64,000 bases of DNA from a virus: UHGV virus genome UHGV-0311442; one strand, 5' to 3'. The position numbers were made by a program, and so were the translations under genes. Below are positions 1 through 10,300 of this stretch, piece after piece. Under the pieces are notes generated by a model that worked only from the letters and a program-made list of their open reading frames with translations, did not search any database and was not told the origin of the DNA. Positions within the stretch are counted from its first letter, which is position 1. Every line of letters begins with the position of its first letter.

Positions 1-2689
1 AGTTAATTGCACCCCAAACCATGTCTTGCGTCAGTTCGAACTTACGGTTACTGCCCGGTGCGTTATTGTAGTTACGCATCGCTCTGACCATCGCAGTATA
101 GATGTGGTAGGCAATCCTCTGATTTCCTAAGAACATCATTTCATCGCCGTTAATCTCTGGTAAAGAGTGGTCAGTTTGTAACAGTTCGTTAGAACGTTCC
201 AACAAGCCAATAAAGGTTTCCGGTTCACCCATTTTCCTGAGGATACGTGCGTGCATGTCGTCAACAAACGCGGACCGCATCTGTTTCAGCTCGTTGATGT
301 ACCGTGGTGTTAGGCCATCTGCATCACGTAATAAGTTCAGGTAAATGTCTTCACGGTCTGCTTCTGATTCGGTATAAGCAACCAGGTGTTTGAGATAGCG
401 ATCCAAACCATGCAGAATCATCTTCTGCTGATCGTTATCGCATGTAACTAAAAGTTTACAGTCTTGCAGTCGAATAATACTGTCGTAGGCATTCTTATCA
501 ACACGCTGCCCTGCGGGAACCAACTCGTACTGGATACCGAAATGTTTCAACATTCCCTGGAGTCCAAGGTAGAACGAGAAGATAAAACCAAGCGACAAAG
601 ATTTACCCATCAAAGACAGCTCGGTCATTTCGCGAGGCACTTTCTGGTTATTAAAGCCCAGTACCTCTGCGATAGTTCCCACCGGTTCAACTTTGTTTCC
701 GTTCACACCGTAAAGCATGGATTTGTCATCCATTGCCAGGATTGTTTCACTACGCGGACGTTTCGCCACTGGCAAAAGTTTGGCAGCATCGGCGTCTCTG
801 AGTTGTTCGTCGTTAAAGAAGTTAACGGCTTCTTTGTAGTCGAAGTTCCACATATAGCCGTTCGCATTAAAGCTGGCAATACGACGTGCAATCTCCGTAT
901 ACTGACGCGGCAGATGTTGCGTAGGATCGAACACATTTGCTAAACGTGCATCGGTGACTTCGGTGTTTGTCGGGTCAACAGCACGTGTGATAATCGCGTT
1001 GGTTAACCAACGACCGTAATCGTTCGCGACCTTATCACTACGACGGACAAAGTTTTTACCGTAAGCGGTAGTCAGTGCGACAGTATCCGGTGCAACCTTA
1101 CGAATCGGTAAGTCCACACGTTGCCGACGCATGGTGTATTCGACACCATTAGCTACCCAAGTACCGTCCTCGGTCAAGCCTGGGATAGAGAAGCGAACGG
1201 TTGTTGGCTCACCACCGACTGGCTGAACACGTAAAGTGTGGTGCTCGATAGTTCCTGTAACAGAAACTTCTTTTTCCACCGTGTGGTTGTGAACCGCCAG
1301 ACCCAAACGTTGCGAACTGGCGACCGCCGCCAGCACGTCTTTGGTCATCATGGTCTGGTTGTATTGTTTCACCATCTGGTCGGTGACGTTCTCGGCCCAC
1401 CCTTCGTCGGTAACAAGTCGCTGAACCTTTTTCGGCTCGGCTTTAACGACGACATCTTTCTCGTGAACAGTAAGCGCTTCCCCGTAGGTTTCTTTCGGGT
1501 TATACGGGTTAGGTAGCTGAACGAAACGTTTAGACGATTCTGACAGGAACTGATATGCTTTAGAACTTAAGCGGCCCGCTTCAGCTAAGCGTTGTGCTTC
1601 CTGTTTAATAATCTCGTCATGTGGGATGACTTTCTCGACAACAATTGTCGTCGGTTTGACGTCTTCCTTCGGTTCTTCAATAACGACGTCTTCTTTTTCA
1701 TCGAAGGCGTTATCGGATTCCACCACAGCGTCATTAACAACGTCGTCATCGTCGACAACATCAACGGTTTCTTCTTCGACGTCTTTAAGGAAAACACGCT
1801 CGTCGCCTTCAGGCGTTAGGAATTCCGCTTCGTACGCGTTAGACGGTGCTTGTGTCATTACACGCACCAGCGTACGGTAGAACATCCTGGCCATTTGGTC
1901 GTCACTTAAACGACCGCCGGACGACTTACGCATTTTCTCTACAACACCCATGTTCATGGACGTAAAGCCCGTGTTGTGGGTGAAGATAAAGTTCATTCGT
2001 GACAGCTGAGTTAAATCCATTCCCGCGAATAAGGAATCGGATTGTTTTCCATAAGCCCAAGCAAACAATTCTAATAACCACAGCAAGTTGAAGTCCTGGA
2101 ACTTCTCAATCTTGCTCTTAACACGGTCGTTATAGGTTGTTTGAAACTTCTGGAACGAAGGCAATGTCGAACCCAGTTCAATAACGAAATAGTTCTGACG
2201 CATGTATTCTTGCGTGTCGTATTTGAACTGGTTAATCATCAATAGTTGGATGTTACGCAATCTATCGTACCAGGCTAACTGGGTGTCAGGATAGTAGTAG
2301 TGCGACAACATCGGTGTGTAGTTCTCGATCAGGAGAACTTTTAAGTCTTTGCGAACCAGATCGTCTGAGGTAAGACGACGCATCGGGCGGTTTGCACGGT
2401 GGTAAGCAAAGATAGCACGTTCTTGCCCCTGAACAGGTTTGTTGCGCGGATGACCGCTAATACCGTCTTCCGGTAATTTAAAGTGGTGACGAACCTGTGC
2501 AGGTTTTTCTAACGGTTGAATAATCTCGAGTGTTGCAGGTGGCGCTAATACCACCTGGTCGAGATCAATGACATGGAGTACAGAACCACGTGGTATCTGT
2601 AGCTTCTCGAGCGGGATAATCCTCGGATTACCAAACTCGTCAGTTTTACGCACCGAGAAGCGTTGGTTAAACTGTTTAATGAGCAGCAT
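1..2689 (-). CDS. Multisubunit RNA polymerase beta-like subunit, N-terminal-fragment type (phiKZ-lineage virion RNAP). The first 896 codons are in the window and the ORF runs off the left edge.
   Basis: Absent from the supplied track because it is edge-truncated. Hand translation of the minus strand from the ATG at 2689 (MLLIKQFNQRF...) stays open to position 1. It contains GTWVANGVEYTMRRQRVDLPI, which resembles the bacterial beta segment GTFIINGTERVIVSQL. The gene lies immediately downstream of the beta-prime fragment gene. Confidence 0.55.
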   Translation of the reverse strand, partial: MLLIKQFNQRFSVRKTDEFGNPRIIPLEKLQIPRGSVLHVIDLDQVVLAPPATLEIIQPLEKPAQVRHHFKLPEDGISGHPRNKPVQGQERAIFAYHRANRPMRRLTSDDLVRKDLKVLLIENYTPMLSHYYYPDTQLAWYDRLRNIQLLMINQFKYDTQEYMRQNYFVIELGSTLPSFQKFQTTYNDRVKSKIEKFQDFNLLWLLELFAWAYGKQSDSLFAGMDLTQLSRMNFIFTHNTGFTSMNMGVVEKMRKSSGGRLSDDQMARMFYRTLVRVMTQAPSNAYEAEFLTPEGDERVFLKDVEEETVDVVDDDDVVNDAVVESDNAFDEKEDVVIEEPKEDVKPTTIVVEKVIPHDEIIKQEAQRLAEAGRLSSKAYQFLSESSKRFVQLPNPYNPKETYGEALTVHEKDVVVKAEPKKVQRLVTDEGWAENVTDQMVKQYNQTMMTKDVLAAVASSQRLGLAVHNHTVEKEVSVTGTIEHHTLRVQPVGGEPTTVRFSIPGLTEDGTWVANGVEYTMRRQRVDLPIRKVAPDTVALTTAYGKNFVRRSDKVANDYGRWLTNAIITRAVDPTNTEVTDARLANVFDPTQHLPRQYTEIARRIASFNANGYMWNFDYKEAVNFFNDEQLRDADAAKLLPVAKRPRSETILAMDDKSMLYGVNGNKVEPVGTIAEVLGFNNQKVPREMTELSLMGKSLSLGFIFSFYLGLQGMLKHFGIQYELVPAGQRVDKNAYDSIIRLQDCKLLVTCDNDQQKMILHGLDRYLKHLVAYTESEADREDIYLNLLRDADGLTPRYINELKQMRSAFVDDMHARILRKMGEPETFIGLLERSNELLQTDHSLPEINGDEMMFLGNQRIAYHIYTAMVRAMRNYNNAPGSNRKFELTQDMVWGAIN

Positions 2690-2698
2690 TGCTTAGCC

Positions 2699-4318
2699 TT
2701 ATGGGTTCTTTAATAACGCTTGCGTTGCACGTTTAATCACGTTGTTGATAGGATTGATTTTAAAGTTCCCATCAGAATCGAACCAGTAGTTTTTCGAGTG
2801 TATCCAATTCCGGTTTTCCTCGAGCGCTTCCTGGGACATAGGCGCGTTAAACGACCCGGTATCGCCGTCGTAGTCACCCCCTAAGCCACCTAGACGTGAG
2901 GGGTGTGGTGCCATAGACTCAACGAAGGTAGGAACCGACCGGTCAGGGTAGCTGATAGCCCCTCGGGGTTTTTCAGTTTCCCAGTCATCTTCCAGTTCTT
3001 TTAAGTATAAAGATGACGTGGTGGTCTCCAATCTTATGGTCGATGAATACGTCGAGCCTCGGCCTGTAACGGGATAACGTGTAACGAAACCGAAATAATC
3101 GTTCCAAAGTTCGTAGCCCGACAAATAAAGCAATTCGACGAGCGTCATACCGTGGACGAATTTTCGGTCAAACGTTTTAGGAAGTTCTTCAATATCGTAG
3201 AACACCTTAAAATGTTTGGTGTCTTGGTAAACCAACGCAACGTAGTGGGTGTCGTCCAACATAATCGGTTGATGGCGAAGCTCGCGAGCTTCCATTCGGT
3301 TGATTAAGGATTCAATCCCATCGTCGGTGGTAAAGGTGTCGTATACACGACCACCTACTTCCAAGAATTCACGTTTAAGGGTTTTGGTGTTTACGCCGTA
3401 AAGGTTGCCGTCACCAGCACGGATGTTACCGAGGTAACGTTCACGTATCTGGTATTGGGCGACAGGGAGTAATGCTTTTAAACCCTGGTATAAACCAATT
3501 TTGGTGTCGGTGGGACGAATAGCGTCTTCACGACCCATGCACTTAGACCCCGTCGAGAACGAGGACAGTACGTTACGTGTCCCGTTCATTAATTTACGAG
3601 ACGTCACTTTACGACGTTGGAAACCCCCTTTACCGTCTTGGATGTTAAAGAAATACATCCAGATATCGTTGAAGGTTTGTTGCAGCTTCCAGCGTACGGG
3701 GTTAGTTAATTCAACACGGGTTGCTCGGTCAGGGATCGCTCTGGCGAGTGATACCAACCGACGATACATCCCGCCGATTTCTTCTTCCTGCTCTCTACCA
3801 TCTTGTCGAATTACTAAATCGCGTAAACCCGCGGGTAACACGAGAACGTATCGACTAAGACTAACGGGACGGAATTTCAAAAAGAAATCCACGGTTTCGT
3901 CACGTTGTAGGGACTCGTTACGCTTAGGTTTTAAATCGTTATAGTGACTGAGGAAGAAGTTAAAACCGGTATCTGCGCCTGGGTCTCCCGGCAAGGCCGG
4001 TTCGAAATCTTTTTCTTTTTCGCTCCACGTTGCGTAGCGTTTTCCAGAACAAATTTCTTCGTAGAGTTGTTTGAGTTGGAATAACGCCAAACACACCGTC
4101 GGCGAAATGATATCGAGTTTAATATCGATATAAGAGAAAGTAGAGTCTCGCGCTTCACTCCCCGTGAGTCCAAATATCTCTGTAGAGTAAAGACCTTCGG
4201 GGTGAAAGTTTTTTGTTAACCCCTGGAAAGTATCCGTGGTCGTGACGGGTCGTAATCGCGACACAAGAGACTTGTTTACATTGAGCAGATAAAAGTCAAC
4301 CCAATTAAGTTTATTCAC
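2699..4318 (-). CDS. Multisubunit RNA polymerase beta-prime subunit, N-terminal fragment (split beta-prime)
   Basis: Track ORF of 539 aa with a GTG start 7 nt after AGGAG. By-eye matches to bacterial beta-prime: VLVLPAGLRDLV (cf. VLPVxPPxLRP), GKGGFQRRKVTSRKLMNGTRNVLS (cf. [21 protein letters not shown]) and GGDYDGDTGSFNAP (cf. NADFDGDQMAVHVP; nt ~2858-2880). The protein ends about 50 aa after the DxDGD motif. Confidence 0.85.
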   Translation of the reverse strand: MNKLNWVDFYLLNVNKSLVSRLRPVTTTDTFQGLTKNFHPEGLYSTEIFGLTGSEARDSTFSYIDIKLDIISPTVCLALFQLKQLYEEICSGKRYATWSEKEKDFEPALPGDPGADTGFNFFLSHYNDLKPKRNESLQRDETVDFFLKFRPVSLSRYVLVLPAGLRDLVIRQDGREQEEEIGGMYRRLVSLARAIPDRATRVELTNPVRWKLQQTFNDIWMYFFNIQDGKGGFQRRKVTSRKLMNGTRNVLSSFSTGSKCMGREDAIRPTDTKIGLYQGLKALLPVAQYQIRERYLGNIRAGDGNLYGVNTKTLKREFLEVGGRVYDTFTTDDGIESLINRMEARELRHQPIMLDDTHYVALVYQDTKHFKVFYDIEELPKTFDRKFVHGMTLVELLYLSGYELWNDYFGFVTRYPVTGRGSTYSSTIRLETTTSSLYLKELEDDWETEKPRGAISYPDRSVPTFVESMAPHPSRLGGLGGDYDGDTGSFNAPMSQEALEENRNWIHSKNYWFDSDGNFKINPINNVIKRATQALLKNP

Positions 4319-4347
4319 GCTAAATCTCCTGATACGGATTAAACGTT

Positions 4348-7300
4348 ATGGCTAAAAAAGGTAAAGATGATTTCGATGAAATCGATCTTGATAACATGGA
4401 CGACTGGGACGATTTTGATGAGCCCCCTCGTCAACAAGACCAATCGCGTAACCCGGTCATGGACACATTTCGTGCTGCCCGTAAGTCGGCGTTGTCGACT
4501 ATCTGGCCCGAAAACAAACGTGATCAGGTTATTTTAAAAGGGATGCCTAAACCTGCGGCAGAAGCCTACGAAGGCTATCAAAACGTTAAAGCTGCAGGTC
4601 AAGACATTCTGGCCCATACGAAAGACGAGATTGAAAAGACGTCTCGCGTCGTCAAGATGCAAGCGAGACAGTTAGGTCCAACACTGAAACGGTATTTACC
4701 GGAATCCGTAACACGGAAAATCGACAAGTGGGCACGTAACGATCAAATCGACTATGGGAATTACGATCCTAAACAAGCGATGATGGATCGTGAGCTGGAC
4801 AGCGTGTTCTCAGGCGCACCGCAAACAGCGGACCAGCAACGTGAGGCGCAAGAGGGGATGGTTGAAGACCGCTTGCGCGACACGATTAAGGACATGAAGT
4901 CCGACGCACTGTTCCAGACCGTAATCGGTATTGCAAAAGACGTCAACTTAACGACTAGCCTAAGTCGTGGCGTGTTGTTGAATGTTCAGCGTAAGCAGTT
5001 AGAGCTGCAATATCGGACGCTGTTTGCTTTGCAGGATATTGCGAAACTCAAACAAGACGAGTTTGCACGCAACACCCCGGCATTAGAAGCCATCGTTAAG
5101 AACACGGCACTACCCGACTACGCGAAGGAAGAGTTTTCTGAAATTCGTTGGGCTAATGTAAAACGTAAAGCTGCGGAGTGGATGAACCCCTTACACTACG
5201 CAGATAATTTCATTGGCCAGATTCGCGAAAACGCGAAGAAGAAAATCTCGAACATCTTTAGTGATGGTCGTGGGATTCTAGAACAAGTTCTAGGGATGGC
5301 TCAGGAAGATGACTTTGACATGTCGGACAGCTCATCGTTGTCTCCTGACCGTCGTAACACAAACTCGCGCAATAAAGCGGCAGGTTTTGCAGGTGGTTGG
5401 TTAGCAAAACGTCTCCTACAACCACAGATCGAGCGACTTCAGAACTGGACGCGTGGCGAGCTAGAGAAAAACCCAGAAGTCATGAAACGCCTACAGTTGG
5501 CGAAGTATGGCTTTGGAAATTTGTCGTCTATTTCTAACTCGGCAATAGCGGGAGAAACAAGCGGCCCGTTAGCTGATCTGTTTCGACTAATGCACGATTT
5601 GGGGCTAGTTAACCCGCTACGTCGCGAAACGTTAGCATTAGACGATCGCTCTGCGGAATCTCTTTCTGCTGCGGCGAAGTTCGATCGTAAAGCTTACCTT
5701 AGTATCACAGAAGTTATTCCGACGTTACTGTCCGAGATTAACAAATCTATTCGTCGTGGGTATGGCGAACACCACGATCAGGTTTATGACTTGACCACGC
5801 GTGGTATGGTCGATCGTAAGGTTATTGGCAATCGTGTACGTAAGGCCGTTGCTAATGACGATCAGCGCAAACGTTTACAGACGTACATCAACGACACTGT
5901 CGACTTTATCGATAAAGATAAAACGCTTGATAGGAAAACACGTCAAGCGTTAGCGGACTACATCGAGTCTCGTGCCTCAGAAGGGAAAGCGTTCGATGTA
6001 GGGTCTTTATTGAAAGACCCGATGCACATGTATCGTTACATGAACGCAAACGCTGTGGAAGCGATTCAGGGTGTTTTAGAAGCCCGTTCTGCGGAACTGG
6101 TTGGTGGACACCATGAACTGAGTAACGCGATTTCAAACAAAATCGCCGCTATCCAGTCAACGATTCGCGCACGACAGGACACTGTTGATGCTGCGTCTGT
6201 GATTTACGGCGAGAATGCACTTCGTGATTCCGGTATTTTTAAATACGATGCGAAGAAAGACATTTTCGAGGTCGATAAGGACATTAACGATCCCTATACG
6301 TTATTTAATGACCTGTCGATGGGTAAGACCCGCTCTGGACGTTCGTTAACCCGTGAGCAAGAGATTCAGCGTAAATTGCAAAACGGTTCTGCGCTGGGTG
6401 ATTACTTGCGACGGATGGGTGCAGGCGCAGAGCCGAGCTTTGAAGACAAAGAACTGTCCAATGTACGTGGCGGTGGAAAAGGAGGTCGTGGTCGCGGTTT
6501 AAGCGCACGCCAACTCGCTGCGGTACTTTATGGAGAGAAATCCACTAACTTTGTTGAACTGTTAAGCAGTCGTCCAGACACGAACGCCGGGTTGGAACAG
6601 CAATTCGACCGTTTGATTGATGCTGTACGTAAACAGCCCGAATCTAGCATCGTGCAAGACATCCTCAAACACGTTAAGAACATGGATGAGGAAGGTATTC
6701 TTCTAGCCAGTTTAGGCGGTAGTCGTGATGACGGTGACGAACCTGAAAGTTCGGGTGAATCAGGCCGTAAACGTCGTCGTAAGCGCAAACGTATTGTACT
6801 AGGCGAGACAGGTTTGTTACGTCGCTGGGCTGGGGTGCTTTGGGATACCGGTTCTGGTGTAGGACGGTTTGGTAAGAATCTGTTCCTACGTGGGAAAGAT
6901 CGCCTACAAGCATTAGGTGGTTTTATTCGTGGGAAATTCTCAGGCGGTTCCTCCGAAGGTCCTGGCGTATTTAGCCGACTGAAAGGGTTAGTAACTGGTA
7001 CATTATCGACGGGTTGGAATTCTGCTGTAGCTTTCGGTAAAGGCGTTTTAGGCGTTCGCGACATCTACGATGAACGTGGTAACGTCGTATTACAAGGAAG
7101 TCGTTTAGAAGCTGGGGAATATTACCAGGCTGACCCGAAAACTGAGAAGCTGATTCAACTTAAAACTCTCGACGATATTAAACTGGGACGTGACATCGTC
7201 GACGAAGCGGGTAATTTAATCTTAGCTGCTGCTGATTTGGCTGCCGCAGGTAAACTGCGTTTCTACAAAGGCGGTAAAGTTCAAGCGCTTTTCCAGTACA

Positions 7301-10300
7301 TTTCTGGGAAGGCAGGAACGGCGGTAAACAAAGCTGTGACTTTACCGAAGAAACTTCTGGGTTTCATTTCGCCTAAAGCGGCTTCGTTGTTCGAGAAAGC
7401 ACGCGAGTGGTTAAATGAGGTTCCAGAGGGTGCAGAGAAAACCCGTTTACAAAGCATGATTTCCCGCGTAACGGGAATGCCAGCTCGTCTGTGGAACAAT
7501 GCAAAACGTGGGTTTGAGAAGCTCAAAGAGTTGGCTTCTGATAATCCGTTGACACGTTGGTGGCAGAACCGTAAGGAAGGGGGTTCTGGTGGTGGGTTTA
7601 GTGTGTTCTCATGGTCGAATGGCCGTAAAACTAACCACATCTTAATCCGTATCTACAAACTCCTTAACCGGAGATTGCCAGGTGAACCTGAAGATGACAC
7701 CTGGACAGAACAGATGGAGCGGAATACGGGGGCCAGTTCAGTTAAAGGATTATTCCAACGTGCTAAGGACATACGCGAAGGGTTCCGTGAACATTTTCAA
7801 GGGTTCCGGGATTGGCGTGGTCGGATGCGTGACAGAATGTCCCGTTACCGTAGTGCGGTAGGTGGTCGTCTTTCTCGTTGGGGTGGTGCAGCACGTGATT
7901 GGTTTGACCGTTTCCGTGGTCGTGCAAGCGATATGGTCGATACCTTCCGTGATCCGCGTTACGACATTGGAACACGTTATCGAATGGAGAGTCGTTTAGC
8001 AGGACGCGATGACGACGTTGCTGAGTTTTATCGTCAACACATCTACGCAAGAGGCAAGGTGTCTAAAACACGTATCATCGATGCGGCAAAAGAAGACTTG
8101 GATACCGTAACGGATAGCGCTGGACGTGTGATTAATAAAGGGAAACAGAAAGCCCGTAGCGTTGGGTCGGTTTTACTGGAACGCCTGAACCGAATGGTTA
8201 ATCTTCAGGAAATGTCGTGGTTTAATACCATGCGTGATTCTGCGGAAAAAGCAGGTGCTTCGGATGGTTTGTTAAGAACCATGTTCAGTAAGTTCGGTCA
8301 ACGTAACAAGCCACCTGCCAGTGATGAAAAACGCGATTACTTCCAGTTCTTCCGACGCCGTCGTCGCTCTAAGGAAGAGGAAAAGGCTAAGAAAGAGGCT
8401 GAGAAGAAAGGCGGTAAACGTGGGGTAATGGATTTCCTTAAAGGACTGCCGTTGGTAGGGCCGATTGTGAGTATTTTAGGCACAGTGGGTTCAATCTTAG
8501 GTAAAGTCGCAAAATGGGGAATCTTTAAGCCGGTTGGGTTTGCAGGTAAAGCGTTGTGGAACGTTGGTAAGTTTGCTGTGACCCGTTTGGCTGTTCCTGC
8601 GGTGAGTGCTGTCGCGACGGCAGCATCTGCAGTGGTAACTGCGGTTGGCTGGCCGATTATCGGTTTGGTCGCTGCAGGCGCTGCGCTGTCTTGGTTTGCG
8701 TATAAAACTGCAACCCGTGTGAATGCTCAGTATCTGGATAACATGCGATTGGCACAGTACGGATTTAGAGATCACGATGAGTGGTCTTCCGACGATGGCG
8801 CAAAAGCACGTTATTTAGAAGACAACTTGAAACCGTACATCTCTTATACAGAGAATGGCCAAGCACAGTTGCGTGGTTTGTCCGGTGACGACGTGAAGAA
8901 ACTGGCCGAAGGGTTTGGTACTAACGTAGAAGACAAAGGCGAAATGCTGGCGTTTACTGCGTTTATGTTACAACGTTTTGTGCCGATCTATTTACGTTGG
9001 ATTACGGCACTGAAATCCATGGATAATGATATCGCGTTAGCAGATGTCGGTAATCCTGCGAAAGTGTCGAAAGCGGACATGCTTACCATCTTTAACAAAA
9101 TGAAGATGACAAAAGATGCGCCTGCTTTTAAATCACTGACAGACCCCCGTAAAGTTAACCAAGGCTGGTTCTCTAAAGCGTGGGATTTCGTGACCTTCAC
9201 ACCGGCAGAATTTTTGTCAGGTGAAGAAGTTGTCGAAGCACAAGATCGTGTTTTCCGGTCTATCAACATGCGCCGTGACGATAAGCGTAAGGAAACAACT
9301 GGAGCCGGTGCTGTGCCTGAAGGACATAAAGTTGCTTCTGTGGCAGAATCTTCGCAGGTACTCGCGAAGAACGATACCGAGCGTAACGAAACTGTTGCTA
9401 AAGCTGAGGGTTGGGAAGACGGTACTGAACAGGTTCAAATTCAAGTTGACTGGAGAGCATTACCTGAGAAGAAAGATTTGGACGCGATGGAATCCGTCCG
9501 TTGGAAATCTTACGGTGTGAAATCTGTTAATGAGACAACACGTACCCTCTTTAGGTTGCTTGAGAAAGAAGTGTTGAAAGACACGGATATCAAAAATTGC
9601 ATTTATAAGGGCGATTGGAAGAAAGCAATTTCTGCGATTGCGCCTGATGCAATTGGTGGCCCAAAAGAGGAGCGTTACAAGAACTGGTTCTATAATCGAT
9701 TCTTACCTGTATTCATGACCTACGTTTATGGTGTAAAACGCTACGTACCTCATGCAGATCCGTTGGATTTGAAACTCACAGGGGGTTTCCTCTATGAGCT
9801 GGCACTGATGATGCGTGGTGCTTACAACATGAAAGGGGGTATCCGTCAGTCTGTGTGGGAAATCGCATTTAACCCGTTAGGAGGCGATGCGAATACCGAT
9901 GCAGGTTCAGTGAGGGAAGAATTAGCAACGCTGAAAGAGTTGTCTAAAGAACCCGATCTGGCTGTAAGGAACATGCTCAAAGAAACACCGAGCACACCTA
10001 AGCGTATGACATGGAAATCGCCAGCGACAAACTCCAGTGTCCATCAGACGAATGAAGATAACAAAGAGCGTTATAAGGGAATTAACAGCTATGGCGAAGC
10101 TTCAAACGACGGATACTTACCGAAAGGTGGTCAGTCCTACGGTACGCCAGGTGACTTATCACAAGTTGTTGGCGATATGGGTATAGGGAACTATGCGAAG
10201 TATTCCACTGGACAATCTGGCATCACCCTCGGTGAGTTACAAGACGGTGATTACAAATCGTTAGTGACTAAATACCCAAGGGAAATGCTTGGCAAACCGA

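Noticed and set aside
464-1880. Plus-strand track ORFs in the first 2.7 kb (464..943, 1238..1516, 1592..1819, 1626..1880) and small minus-strand ones (703..936, 1209..1400, 1585..1797)
   Set aside because: All lie inside, or out of frame with, the long open minus-strand RNAP beta-like ORF (1..2689). That ORF was omitted from the track only because it is edge-truncated. None has an SD, and their composition is antisense-like.
6528-7064. 178-aa minus-strand ORF (and others at 5906..6136, 7281..7640, 7763..8050, 10419..10757, 10791..11132) inside the 2388-aa gene
   Set aside because: They are antisense to a clearly coding gene with recognisable domains. The products are Pro/Arg/Ser-rich and low-complexity, as expected for the reverse frame. 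No SD or operon context is present.
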